Shown here: one piece after another, positions 1-12,677 of the stretch
How the letters are laid out: every line of letters begins with the position of its first letter
How positions within the stretch are numbered: position 1 is the first letter of the stretch
Source of the DNA: Eledone cirrhosa
Taxonomy: Eukaryota
Direction of reading: 5' to 3'
NCBI GenBank assembly: GCA_964016885.1
Contig: OZ024742.1
Coordinates: 42,036,001 to 42,100,000, forward strand
Length of the DNA stretch: 64,000 nucleotides
The notes under the pieces: generated by a model
What the model was told of the DNA's origin: nothing
Seen by the model: only the letters and a program-made list of their open reading frames with translations
The model's database searches: none
Made by a program: the position numbers and the translations under genes

Positions 1-2085
1 TCATAAACTTGTCGGAACTCCATGCCAGGCTTTTTGAGTGGTTTATCCCCTCTATGGTCTGTGTTTTACGTCTCAAGTATCCATGCACAACTTTTTCTGT
101 AAATTGGTCAATTTTTTTAATCTTGTTTGAACATTGAATAGGATCTTCCGATTTCTCTGGGTGAGAGATTTATATCAGGCTTTATTCCATATCTCTCCTC
201 CAGATCAGTCGCTATTCTAATGATATTTCTTTTTTCATGCTCATAAACCTGGGCAAGATGGTTGCCAACCTTTTTCCTCTGTTGAAGGTGTTGCTTCAGT
301 GTTACTATCTGGGTCTAATATGTTGTTAATATTGATTTTAGACCCTGGCCACCTTCCTTGCGTGAGAAGTATAGCCTATCCACATCACCATTGATGTTAA
401 AGTTCCCAGTAACACTGAGAAGTTTGCGAGTTCTAACATCCATCTCACTTAGTTCTTGCAATGACCAGTTCAGCAGGCCAAATGTTGGCGTTAGAATTGG
501 CACAGCATAAGTATTGTGGGCAATGTATTTGTTGTATGCTGACAGTTCTGATGACCATATTTTCTTTACTCTTCTGAGGTATTCAGTTCTGATTCTCTCC
601 TTATTTATGGGTCCATCATATCTGACATTCTCATCCTGTCCAAGATATCTGTAGTTGTCACCTGACTGCAGAGGTTGTATTGTCAGGCCGTTCATCTCTA
701 GATTTCTAGAGGAGGGCACAGCTCTTCCACGTTTTACTGCCAAATATGCACACTTGGACTCACCAAATTTCATTTTGATGTCGGTTGAAAATTGTGTAAT
801 GAGGTCCAATTGTTTCTTGATGTCATTGATATTTGGCCCATACAACTTCAGGTCATCAACAAAGAAAAGATGGGAGATACTTCTGGGCCCACTTCTTTGT
901 CCACCTTGTTTCCTGAGTAGGTAAGATAGTGGATTCAGTGAGAGAACGAAGAGTAGCACTGACAAGCTATCACCCTGAAAGATGCCCTTCTGGTAATGTC
1001 TCTTATCAGTCTTAACCTGCTCCTTCTCACCTCTAAGGATCAAATTGGTGTACCAGTTCTTGGTCAGGCGTTCAACAGCAGCTACCAATGGTTGTGGGAC
1101 TTTAGCTAACTGTAAAGCCTTAATAATCCACCCATGAGGTACACTATCAAATGCTTTTTGATAGTCCAGCCACACCACAGTCATGTTTCTGCGATTCTTT
1201 GTTGTTTTTTCCTGAATCATTTTGTTAGTTACTAGGTGATCTATGCAACCCCACACCTCCCTCTTTCCACCAGCTTGCTCAGGTGTTATGATGTTGTTGG
1301 TAGCACAGTGATCCTGTAAGAACAGGTTAAGGCACCCAGTATATAATTTATACATGATGTTTTGGCAGGCAATTGGGCGGTAATTTTTAGCAAGGGTGGT
1401 TTGGCTATTTTGGGGAATGAGGAGAGTAGTGGCAGTTGATAACCATCTGGACAGTTCTTGTGTGCCCTTAATGGTTTCTGTAAACAGCCGTATGAGATCT
1501 TGCCGATAGAAAGTGAAATTCTTCAACCAGTATCCTGTAATGAGGTCTGGGCCTGGCAATTTCCTATTCGACATTTTCTGTAGAGCTGTTTCCAGTATTG
1601 ACCCACCTATGTCATATTGTTTTGTCTGGACATGTTGGCAGTAGTCCTGTTCCAGTTCTTTTAGCCAATTTGCTTGTCTGTTGAATCCGTCATCTGTTTC
1701 CCATACAGATCTCCAGTAGCTCTCAACCTGTTCTTTTGAAGGGGTGTCGTTTACAGGGATTGAGCTTTTGCCACCTAAGCTGCGATAAACTGATTTAGGA
1801 TCTCTGGCAAACAATCTATTTAGCACTTGTCGTTTATGTCCTGTTGACTTATATTTTAGTCTTTCTGTTGTAGCTGTGAGTTGTTGTTTCAACTGGTGTA
1901 ATTTAGAGTTCAAAGTTTTAAATTTTGTATCTCCAATTCGTCTCTAACTTTTTCTTTAGGTCTTCCTGGTGTCGTGTGACGTTGCTCTCTATGTTGCATT
2001 TCATAACGACTGCGATGTGTGAGATACTTCGTCTCAGGGACAAAATTTTGGTTTTTAAATTTCGCATCCACGCTGGTTCAGGCTT
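1..2085 (-). mobile_element. R4/Dong-clade non-LTR retrotransposon, RT region, degenerate, runs off window start
   Basis: ORF 315-1913 has RT motifs NYRPIAC, WLDYQKAFDSVPH, KGIFQGDSLS, HLFFVDDLKL, YRYLG and RLYFSRKEGGQGL. The upstream frameshifted piece is 1918-2118. Confidence 0.85.
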
Positions 2086-2089
2086 TCTG

Positions 2090-3945
2090 TTTGTATCAGG
2101 TTTTTGTCGATCTGACAAAAGCTTTCGATACTGTTAACAGAGATGCATTATGGAAGGTTCTCCAGAAACTTGGTTGCCCTGATAAGTTCCTTGCTTTAGT
2201 TAGGTCTTTCCATGACGACATGAAGGCTTGGGTTAATGTCGGAGGTAACATGTCGGAGCCTATCTCAGTAAAAAATGGAGTGAAACAGGGGGATATTCCA
2301 GCACCGACCCTGTTTGCCATATACTTTGCAATGGTTTTCTGTATTGCATTCAGGAATTGCGAGCATGGTGTTTACATCCGATATCGAACCTCAGGCAGCG
2401 TATTTAACATCAGGCGCTTTGCTGCAAAGACAAAAGTATTTACATCAATCATAAGAGACCTCTTGTATGCAGATGATTGCGATCTTGTAGCGCACACAGA
2501 GAGTGATATGCAGCACATTTTGAATGCATTTTCTGACGCTTGCACTGCCCTAGGATTGACTATCAGTCTCAAGAAAACCGTCGTCATGTACCAACCGGCC
2601 CCTGGTAAGCAGTACACTGAACCAAACATCTATGTGTATGGCAAACGACTTGGAGTGGTTGATCAGTTTGTCTACCTGGGAAGCACTGTCAATCGATACA
2701 GCAACCTTGACAGTGAAATCTCACTTAGGATTAGGAAAGCAAGTGATGCTTTCGGAAAGCTAGAAAGGCGACTCTGGGGTCGGCGAGACATATGCAGGAA
2801 GACAAAGGTAAAGGTGTACAGGGCATGTGTGCTCTCTTGTCTTCTTTATGCCTGCGAGACTTGGGTCACATATCGACACCACCTTAAGCAATTGGAGCGT
2901 TTCCATCAGATGTGTCTCAGACGGATCCATGGCGTTCACTGGAGGGACCACATCAGTGATGTCGAGATTTTGGAAAGCTCTATGTGTGACAGTATAGAAG
3001 CTGGAGTGGTCACCTTGCCAGGATGAAGGATTCTAGAATACCCAAACAACTCTTTCATGGAGAGTTGGTTAAAGGAAAACGACCGCCACATAAACCAAAA
3101 AAGAGGTATAAGGATTCCTTGAAAGCCTCTCTGAAAGACGCTAACATCTCTGCTGATACATGGGAGAATATTGCTGCTGATCGTAATAAATAGAGAAAGA
3201 CTGTATATGTGGGAAAAGTTGCTTTTGATGCATCTCGAATCGCATACGAGAAAGTAAAGTGGGATGTGAGGAAGGGCATTGCTGTTGCACTTCCAGACGG
3301 TGAGGGTCCTCCTATGGTGCTGACATGCAGCGTCTGTGCGAGACTCTGCCTAAGCAAAGCTGGACTCGAAAGTCATCTTCGCAGTCATAAAGTAAGACCA
3401 GTGGTTGACTACCAGGCTGCTGTTGGAGATGCTACTCATCATGCTTGCCAAACATGTGGTAGAGAATGTAAATCAGCAGGAGGGCTCAAGCGACATGCAA
3501 AAGTACACGAACTCCAACCACAGCTGACTATTCCCAGTGAATGTTTTGGTTGCCGACTCTGTGCAAGACATTTTAGATCATTGGCTGGGCTAAAAAGCCA
3601 CATTCGATCGCAGCGCTGTTAGTTGCTATCGTGTGTGTGTATGTGTATAGATATGTTTATGTGTGTGCATGTATGTGTATATATATATGTATATGTATAT
3701 TATTATTGTTGTTGTCATTATTATTGTTGTTATTATTATTATTGTTATTAATGTATATGTGTGTGTGTGTATATATGTGTGTGTGTATGTATGTATATAT
3801 ATGTGTATGTATATATATATATATATATATATATTTCTTTTTTTTTTATTTTATTTTATTTTTTATTTATTTATTAATTTTATTTTTATTTTTTTTTCTC
3901 CTCGTGCAATGGCCATACTCGATAACGAGGGGGCAGCCATCATAT
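2090..3945 (+). mobile_element. RTE-clade LINE (family A), 5'-truncated, disrupted; RT C-half plus C2H2 zinc fingers and 3' tail
   Basis: Motifs FVDLTKAFDTV, GVKQGD, LLYADD, FVYLGS and RIPKQL. CxxC...H..H fingers at 3209-3622. A frameshift near 3001 and a stop near 3191. The tail CTCGTGCAATGGCC...GCAGCCATC runs into (ATGT)n. Confidence 0.9.
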
Positions 3946-4090
3946 ATGTATGTATGTATATGTATGTATGTATGTATGTATATATATATGTATGTATGTA
4001 TGTATATATATATATATGTATGTATGTGTATGTATTTATGTATATGTATGTATGTATGTATATATATATATGTATGTATGTATATATATG

Positions 4091-4120
<30 letters not shown>
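3946..4120. repeat. (TATG)n/(TA)n microsatellite; one example of many similar tracts (5690-5783, 6196-6490, 8040-8222, 9311-9555, 27740-27906, 48677-48805 and others)
   Basis: Seen directly in the sequence; these tracts produce the spurious MYVC/YIHT ORFs. Confidence 0.95.
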
Positions 4121-4121
<1 letters not shown>

Positions 4122-5142
4122 CATCATCATCAATGTTTAACGTCCGTGTTCCACGCTTGGATGGGTTTGGACGGGGGTAGTCCCACTTGAGGCAAGAGTG
4201 ATTGTCTTGCTCGCATAGGACTGTCTGGCAGGTTTTCTACAGTTGGATGCCCTTCCTAACACCAACCACATTTACAGTGTGGGTCTGGGAGGTTTTTACC
4301 GTGTTGCCTACACGGCCACATTACAGCGTGGACTGTGTGTTTTTTTGTCGTGACACTTACACGATCTCATTTGTTTCGGCCTGGATGGTGTGGCACCAAC
4401 ATAACTTTACATAGAACGGGGTGGTGTGGATGGGGTGGGGGTGGTGGTGGTGGGACGGGGGGCATTTTGTTAGAGATGCCTACTGGCTGTAGTAGGTTTT
4501 ACTATGTATTTAGGTAAGGCGGGTCTTCTCTGTTACTGAGTACCGCCAAAGGTCTCGGTCCAGTGACATTGTCTTGGAGAGGTGTAAGTGTGTGAGGTCG
4601 GAGTTTATCAGCTCGTCCCAGGTTTTTCTAGGTCTGCCTATTCCGTGGCTACCGTCTATCTTTATTGCCCTGCACTTTGTTATACAGCTATCGACTTCCA
4701 TGCGCATCACGTGTCCATACCAACGTAGCCTTCTCTCGAGTAAACAACATCTGATCCCTCTTATTTCTAATGTTTTCCTTAGTTCGTTTATGCTTTGCCG
4801 TTCACGTATATTACTGTTACACATCCAGCGGAGCATGCAAGCTTCGTTCCTCTCTAGTCTGCGTATATCCTCTGCACACAATGCCCAGGTCTCACTGCCA
4901 TGCAACATTGCTGTTCGTATGCAGGCATCGTACAACCTGCCTTTCATTTTTAGGGAGAACCCTTTAGCAGCTAATAGTGGTATAAGCTCTCTGAACTTTT
5001 TCCAACCAGTTCTGACTCTAGCTACTGTACTTTCAGAGCACCCTCCCCCACTGCTGATTTTATCACCCAGGTAACGGAAGCTGTCCACTATTTCTATAGA
5101 ACCCTCTGCGCAATTGAAAGAGCTAGTATTTTGTGGGCACTT
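4121..5142 (-). mobile_element. RTE-clade LINE (family B), 3' fragment with (ATG)n tail
   Basis: ORF 4510-5193 contains FRYLGD, LHGSETW and RRLRWYGHVMR. Near-identical to 44718-45740. Confidence 0.9.
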
Positions 5143-5177
5143 ATATGTATGTATGTATGTATATATATGTATGTATA

Positions 5178-5688
5178 TCATCATCATCATCAACGTTTAA
5201 CGTCCGTGTTCCACGCTTGCATGGGTTTGGACGGGGGTAGTCCCACTTGAGGCAAGAGTGATTGTCTTGCTCGCATAGGACTGTCTGGCAGGTTTTCTAC
5301 AGTTGGATGCCCTTCCTAACACCAACCACATTTACAGTGTGGGTCTGGGAGGTTTTTACCGTGTTGCCTACACGCCCACATTACAGCGTGGACTGTGTGT
5401 TTTTTTGTCGTGACACCTACACGATCTCATTTGTTTCGGCCTGGATGGCGCGGCACCAACATAACTTTACATAGGACGGGGTGGTGTGGATGGGTGGGGG
5501 TAGTGGCGGGACGGGGTGTATTTTGTTAGAGATGCCTACTGGCAAGGCAGGTCTTCTCTGTTACTGAGTACCGCCAAAGGTCTCGGTCCAGTGACATTGT
5601 CTTGGAGAGGTGTAAGTGTGTGAGGTCGGAGTTTATCAGCTCGTCCCAGGTTTTTCTAGGTCTGCCTATTCCGTGGCTACCGTCTATT
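5178..5688 (-). mobile_element. RTE family B, short 3' fragment
   Basis: Same 3' UTR and ORF end as 4121-4660, with a small deletion near 5543. Confidence 0.85.
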
Positions 5689-5784
5689 GTATATATATGT
5701 ATGTATATGTATGTATGTATATGTATGTATGTATGTATGTGTATGTATGTATATGTATGTATGTATGTATGTATGTATATGTAT

Positions 5785-6195
5785 CCGGGAGAGATGACCC
5801 CTTAGCCTTTGTCAAGGCAGAATTCTAGGAGAAGGAAAACTCTGATATAACACCTGCAACTCTGATGGTATCCAATGATGTTGACTTGTTCTTCTTTTTG
5901 GTAAATATCATCTTGGTTAAGAGAGTGGGACTGGCTTTGTGCAGTGCCTTTGCTCACTATAAAAGCTTCACGGCACAGGCATTGCTTTATATCTGGAGAT
6001 CTCTCTGCACTTGTCGTCACATGGTGCCATGGGCCCAGCACTGTGTCAATAATTGTCACAAGTGTAGTGTTTGTACCAGAGTTTTCAAGTCGCTGGCTGG
6101 ACTAAAAAGTCACATTCATTCAGCGCATCGGTAGGGGTTCTCCTACATGGATATAAAGTAGTGGCCGTACTCGAAAACGAGTTGGCAGCCACCAT
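5785..6195 (+). mobile_element. RTE-derived non-autonomous element, 5'-truncated
   Basis: Matches 12080-12490. The tail encodes the zinc-finger remnant [17 protein letters not shown], homologous to the RTE family A C-terminus. Confidence 0.75.
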
Positions 6196-6220
6196 ATGTA
6201 TGTATGTATACATATGTATG

Positions 6221-6253
<33 letters not shown>

Positions 6254-6489
6254 ATGTATGTATGTATGTATATGTATGTATGTATATGTATGTATGTATG
6301 TATGTATGTATATGTATGCATGTATGTATATGTATGTATGTATGCTTATGTATGTATATATATATATGTATGTATATATATATGTATGTATGTATATGTA
6401 TGTATGTATATGTATGTATGTATGTATGTATATATATATGTATGTATGTATTTATGTATATATGTATGTATGTATGTATATATGTATAT

Positions 6490-6941
6490 GTCAGGTCACC
6501 AGTTGGTGCTACTGGTAACATGTATCCCAGTACAACCTGTCTCATGGTCGGGTCGTTGGCGACTAAACTGGCAACCCCACCAAGGTTTCTTGGTGAGGAG
6601 GGTGACTTTGGACATCCTGCAGGACTAAAAACAAAACCTGTCAAAGGGCAAAGGAGCTCTTAAGAGTCAATGGCCATCCAAAATCACCGGGAGAGATGAC
6701 CCCTTAGCCTTTGTCGGGGCAGAATTCTAGGAGAAGGAAAACTCTGATATAACACCTGCAACTCTGATGGTATCCAATGATGTTGACTTGTTCTTCTTTT
6801 TGGTAAAAATCATCTTGGTTAAGAGAGTGGGACTGGCTTTGTGCAGTGCCTTTGCTCACTATAAAAGCTTCACGGCACAGGCATTGCTTTATATCTGGAG
6901 ATCTCTCTGCACTTGTCATCACATGGTACCATGGGCCCAGC
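6490..6941 (+). mobile_element. RTE-derived non-autonomous element, 3'-truncated
   Basis: Matches 11881-12332. Confidence 0.75.
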
Positions 6942-6942
6942 A

Positions 6943-7275
6943 TCACAGAATAAGATTATAATATAATTTGTATAGCATCCGAAAGATACAACGTGAATAA
7001 AAAGAAATGGTGCATGTGAAGATGCAAACAGTGTGAACTTACTATGAATGCGTGTGTGCGTATCAGTATATTTGCTTGTTTTAGTAGTAGGAGTCAGCGA
7101 TCAGCCAGGCAGGTGAGAATAAGTGACAGACTGGTATTTCGTGATGAGAGCTTGTAAATGCCACTTGTCTTGTCTGTATATCACTTCTTTTCTGCTGGGA
7201 TGTAAACAACCCCTGCATTTACAAGGGTTGAAGTTAGAAGGATAGATATATCCTCTGAACTTCGCCGCCGTTATA
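6943..7275 (-). mobile_element. Partial LTR, same family as 40967-41667
   Basis: The reverse complement begins TATAACGGCGGC and aligns to about 41180-41450 after an internal deletion. Confidence 0.7.
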
Positions 7276-7520
7276 ACCTCAAAACATCAGCAATATCGTT
7301 GATTGTCCTCTGACGATCCTCATTCACAAGTTGATTAATTTTCTCCACATTTCTGGGAGTGAGGCTCATGGCAGATTTTTCAGCTCGGTTGTCATCTCCA
7401 GTGATGTTCTTCTGATTTTGAAGCACCCGTGCCACTTGAAACATTTCGTACAACCATACTCAATGTCTCTGTAGCAGAAGTTGAACACAAAATTTCATGT
7501 TATCTCTTTGTTTCAAGACT
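7276..7520 (-). mobile_element. Degenerate mariner transposase N-terminal fragment
   Basis: Broken-frame translation MKFCVQL...CFKWH..F..TPRNVEKINQLVNEDRQRTINDIA resembles the mariner N-terminal HTH region. Confidence 0.7.
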
Positions 7521-7846
7521 ACAGCATACACATAGTCACAGATTTCACAACTTGTGAAGTGAACACTGCGATGTCACTCGGCACACTGGTGCATGAAGGT
7601 TAGTGCTGGTTCTCACTGTGTACCCACATACCTACACCTTCATGCATTCTCCCACACACATAAAATTTAGAAAAACAAAACAAAAACAAAAACAAAACAT
7701 AAACAAACCCCTCTTAAAGGGAGACTACTCTTTATCCACCTAATTTTAATACTTTGATATTAAAGTTAGAACAGATACTCTATACTATTTCCGGTCAGCA
7801 TGGCTTGATTAGAGATTTTAAGACGCTGGTTTGAGACCTTTACTTC

Positions 7847-7881
7847 CCTCCGAAGAAGAGATATTATCTCGAAAATTAAGG
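7847..7881 (+). ncRNA. Hammerhead-like variant in Penelope pLTR-like sequence
   Basis: CCT-CCGAAGA-A-GAGAT(ATT)ATCTC-GAAA-ATT-A-AGG: 3-bp stem I, 5-bp stem II, palindromic stem III, and a U4C core change. Confidence 0.35.
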
Positions 7882-8259
7882 ACATCTAAATAAATTCAAG
7901 GTGAAAGACGAATTCACATCAATATCTTTCACTATTGCATTCTTTTTTCTATGTCCATACCTGCATTGTCTTGGCCTTATTACACATATTCTAACATATA
8001 TATATATATTTAGTCTTCACATTTGTTATTATTACTATATATATATAATGTATGTATGTATTTGTGTGTGTATGTTTGTGTATATGTATGTATATGTATA
8101 TATATATATAAATGTATGTATATATATATAAATGTGTGTATGTATATATATATGTATGTATATATGTATGTATGTATGTATATATGTATGTATGTATATG
8201 TATGTATATATATATGTATATATGTTTTCTCTTTCTCTTAATTTCGAGTATATTTTTTT

Positions 8260-8389
8260 GACCGGCCACCTTCCTGGTGGCAAGGTTGTAAAAGAAAAGA
8301 AATTGTCATCCCTTGAATCGCAAGAATGTTTTGCAAATTTTGAAGGTGCCAGCTATCGCAGCCATCTGCAGACTATGAATAGGGAGCTG
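8260..8389 (-). mobile_element. 3' end of an R4/Dong-type element
   Basis: The minus strand reads [17 protein letters not shown], resembling the LQKxxxLGTxxIxRxxL C-terminus of RLE-type LINEs. Confidence 0.55.
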
Positions 8390-8394
8390 TATGT

Positions 8395-8502
8395 ATGTAT
8401 GTATGTATGTATGTATGTATGTATATATGTGTATGTATATATATATGTATGTATATATATATGTATGTATATATATATGTATATATATATATGTATGTAT
8501 GT

Positions 8503-8543
<41 letters not shown>

Positions 8544-8810
8544 TGTATGTATGTATATATATATATATGTATATGTATGTATGTATATGTATGTATGTAT
8601 ATGTATATATATATGTATGTATGACACACGACCGTGACTTCTGGCGTCACGCAGTAATACAGGGTACCCGACCTCCCATGGGTACATGCTGAAGCATATA
8701 AACAATATGTATGTATGTATGTATGTATGTATATATGTGTATGTATATATATATGTATGTATATATATATGTATGTATATATATATGTATATATATATAT
8801 GTATGTATGT

Positions 8811-8851
<41 letters not shown>

Positions 8852-9016
8852 TGTATGTATGTATATATATATATATGTATATGTATGTATGTATATGTAT
8901 GTATGTATATGTATATATATATGTATGTATGACACACGACCGTGACTTCTGGCGTCACGCAGTAATACAGGGTACCCGACCTCCCATGGGTACATGCTGA
9001 AGCATATAAACAATAT
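8395..9016. repeat. Tandem duplication, period about 308 bp (microsatellite plus RTE ORF end)
   Basis: GACACACGACCGTGAC...AAACAATATG occurs at 8623 and 8931, preceded by the same microsatellite pattern. Confidence 0.85.
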
Positions 9017-9039
9017 GCCCCCCCCCCCCCCCCCCCCCC

Positions 9040-9310
9040 ACCGCAAGGTAGCCGTGGAGGTGCCACGGCAAAAAAGCACCCAGCCCACACTGTAAAGTGG
9101 ACGTGTAGGCGCCACGAAAAGGCACCCAGCACTCACTGTAAATGAGGTTGGTGTTAGGAAGGGCATCCAGCTGTAGAAATCAAGCCAGATCAGTTCCTGT
9201 ATGAGCAAGGCATGGTCAGCCGACCAGACACTGCCCACAACAGGACAACCCGTCTAACCCATGCTAGCGTGGAAGAACGGACGTAAAACGGTGATGATGA
9301 TGATGATGAT
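9040..9310 (+). mobile_element. RTE-type 3' tail (LINE/SINE)
   Basis: GGTGTTAGGAAGGGCATCCAGCTGTAGAAA motif and (GAT)n tail. Confidence 0.7.
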
Positions 9311-9362
9311 GTATATATATATATGTATGTATATATATATGTATATATATATGTATGTATGT

Positions 9363-9403
<41 letters not shown>

Positions 9404-9483
9404 TGTATGTATATGTGTGTATGTATATGTATGTATATATATATGTATGTATATGTATGTATGTATATGTATGTATGTATATG

Positions 9484-9515
<32 letters not shown>

Positions 9516-9556
9516 TGTATATATGTATGTATGTATGTATATATATGTATGTATGT

Positions 9557-11722
9557 GAAGATTTCCTCAATCTCATTCCAGAAAGTCCTGTGAAAGTAGC
9601 TCTCGCAGAACATCCGACGCTTGTGGAGGTTGCAGTGGCTATTTCGAAGCTGAACAGTGGAAGATCTCCAGGTATGGATGGCATACATGCTGAGCTCCTA
9701 CAATATGGTGGTGAGAGACTCCTGCAACATCTTCACTCTTTGTTTGGCAGGATATGGGCTAATGAATCCGTACCTGAGGACTGGAGAGATGCAGTAATGG
9801 TGGTCTTGTACAAGGGAAAGGGTAACAGGAACGATTGTGGGAACTACAGAGGTATATCATTGCTTTCTGTCGTAGGGAAAGTTTTATGTAGGGTGCTTCT
9901 GGACCGTCTGCTGACACACATTGCAGATTGTGTTCTTCCTGAAAGTCAATCTGGTTTTCGTGCTGGACGCGGCACTACTGATATGATCTTCTCAGCTAGA
10001 CAGCTCCAGGAGAAGTGCATGGAACAAGGCTTGGATCTGTATCAGGTTTTTGTCGATCTGACAAAAGCTTTCGATACTGTTAACAGAGATGCATTATGGA
10101 AGGTTCTCCAGAAACTTGGTTGCCCTGATAAGTTCCTTGCTTTAGTTAGGTCTTTCCATGACGACATGAAGGCTTGGGTTAATGTCGGGGGTAACATGTC
10201 GGAGCCTATCTCAGTAAAAAATGGAGTGAAACAGGGGGATATTCCAGCACCGACCCTGTTTGCCATATACTTTGCAATGGTTTTCTGTATTGCATTCAGG
10301 AATTGCGAGCATGGTGTTTACATCCAATATCGAACCTCAGGCAGCATATTTAACATCAGGCGCTTTGCTGCAAAGACAAAAGTATTTACATCAATCATAA
10401 GAGACCTCTTGTATGCAGATGATTGCGATCTTGTAGCACACACAGAGAGTGATATGCAGCACATTTTGAATGCATTTTCTGACGCTTGCTATGCCCTAGG
10501 TCTGACTGTCAGTCTCAAGAAAACCGTCGTCATGTACCAACCGGCCCATGGTAAGCAGTACACTGAACCAAACATCTATGTGTATGGCAAACGACTTGGA
10601 GTGGTTGATCAGTTTGTCTACCTGGGAAGCACTGTCAATCGATACAGCAACCTTGACAGTGAAATCTCACTTAGGATTAGGAAAGCAAGTGATGCTTTCG
10701 AAAAGCTAGAAAGGTGACTCTGGGGTCGGCGAGACATATGCAAGAGGACAAAGGTAAAGGTGTACAGGGCATGTGTGCTCTCTTGTCTTCTTTATGCCTG
10801 CGAGACTTGGGTCACATATCGACACCACCTTAAGCAATTGGAGCGTTTCCATCAGATGTGTCTCAGACGGATCCATGGCGTTCACTGGAGGGACCACATC
10901 AGTGATGTCGAGATTTTGGAAAGCTCTATGTGTGACAGTATAGAAGCTGGAGTGGTCACCTTGCCAGGATGAAGGATTCTAGAATACCAAAACAACTCTT
11001 TTATGGAGAGTTGGTTAAAGGAAAACGACCGCCACATAAACCAAAAAAGAGGTATAAGGATTCCTTGAAAGCCTCTCTGAAAGACGCTAACATCTCTGCT
11101 GATACATGGGAGAATATTGCTGCTGATCGTAATAAATGGAGAAAGACTGTATATGAGGGAAAAGTTGCCTTTGAGGCATCTCGAATCGCATACGAGAAAG
11201 TAAAGTGGGATGTGAGGAAGGGCATTGCTGTTGCACTTCCAGACGGTGAGGGTCCTCCTATGGTGCTGACATGCAACGTCTGTGCGAGACTCTGCCTAAG
11301 CAAAGCTGGACTCAAAAGTCATCTTCGCAGTCATAAAGTAAGACCAGTGGTTGACTACCAGGCTGCTGTTGGAGATGCTACTCATCATGTTGCCAAACAT
11401 GTGGTAGAGAATGTAAATCAGCAGGAGGGCTCAAGCGACATGCAAAAATACACGAACTCCAACCACAGCCGACTATTCCCTGTGAATGTTTTGGTTGTCG
11501 ACTCTGTGCAAGACATTTTAGATCATTGGCTGCGCTAAAAAGCCACATTCGATCGCAGCGCTGTTAGTTGCTATCGTGTGTGTGTGTGTGTGTGTAGATA
11601 TGCTTATGTGTGTGTATATATATATGTATATGTATATTATTATTGTTGTTGTCGTTATTATTGTTGTTATTATTATTATTATTAGTTATTAATGTATGTG
11701 TGTGTGAGTGTGTGTGTGTGTG

Positions 11723-11761
<39 letters not shown>

Positions 11762-11856
11762 TTTTATTTTTTATTTCTTTTTATTTATTTATTATTATTA
11801 TTTTTTTTTTTTTCTCGTGCAATGGCCATACACGATAACGAGGGGGCAGCCATCAT
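9557..11856 (+). mobile_element. RTE family A LINE, 5'-truncated, disrupted
   Basis: Motifs KSPG-like [25 protein letters not shown] and YADD. Stop at 10715 and frameshifts. Near-identical to 2090-3945. Confidence 0.9.
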
Positions 11857-11880
11857 GTATGTATATATATATATATATAT

Positions 11881-12492
11881 GTCAGGTCACCAGTTGGTGC
11901 TATTGGTAATATGTATCCCAGTACAACCTGTCTCATGGTCGGGTCGTTGGCGACTAAACTGGCAACCCCACCAAGGTTTCTTGGTGAGGAGGGTGACTTT
12001 GAACATCCTGCAGGACTAAAAACAAAACCTGTCAAAGGGCAAAGGAGCTCTTAAGAGTCAATGAACATCCAAAATCACCGGGAGAGATGACCCCGTAGCC
12101 TTTGTCAAGGCAGAATTCTAGGACAGGGAAAACTCTGATATAACACCTGCAACCCTGATGGTATCCAATGATGTTGACTTGTTCTTCTTTTTGGTAAATA
12201 TCATCTTCATTAAGAGAGTGGGACTGGCTTTGTACAGTGCCTTTGCTCACTATAAAAACTTCACGGCACAGGCATTGCTTTATATCTAGAGATCTCTCTG
12301 CACTTGTCGTCACATGGTACCATGGGCCCAGCACTGTGTGTCAATAATTGTCACAAGTGTAGTATTTGTACCAGCGTTTTCAAGTCGCTGGCTGGACTAA
12401 AAAGTCACACTCGTTCAGCGCATCGGTGGGAGTTCTCCTACATGGATATAAAGTACAGGCCGTATTCGAAAACGAGTTGGCAGCCACCATAT
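11881..12492 (+). mobile_element. Apparently complete (~610 bp) RTE-derived bipartite non-autonomous element
   Basis: Head GTCAGGTCACCAGTTGG... joined to a zinc-finger-derived tail ending GCAGCCACCAT. Confidence 0.7.
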
Positions 12493-12677
12493 ATATATGA
12501 AGATAAATTAACGGAGCCATAGAGTCACGTTATTCCCTGTAAATTATGTGCTCAAAGGGAAAGGAATCCTATACATATTGTATATGTATATATATATGCA
12601 TGTATATATATGTATATGTGTATATATATGCATGTATATGTGAATTTGTATATATGTATATGTGTGTATGTATGTAT

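Noticed and set aside
3209-3622. Host C2H2 zinc-finger gene
   Set aside because: It is continuous with the RTE ORF and duplicated with it; it is the LINE C-terminus.
6490-6580. HDV-like ribozyme in the RTE-derived head
   Set aside because: Some helices exist (CCAGT/ACTGG, GTCG/CGAC), but I could not build a consistent P1/P1.1 double pseudoknot, and the diverged copy at 51210-51300 does not preserve them. It needs a covariance search.
8395-9016. Functional tandem duplication
   Set aside because: It duplicates only microsatellite and LINE scrap; slippage or an assembly artefact explains it.
3631-9560. Many 60-300 aa ORFs rich in MYVC/YIHT
   Set aside because: They are translations of (TA)n/(TATG)n microsatellites that lack stop codons.
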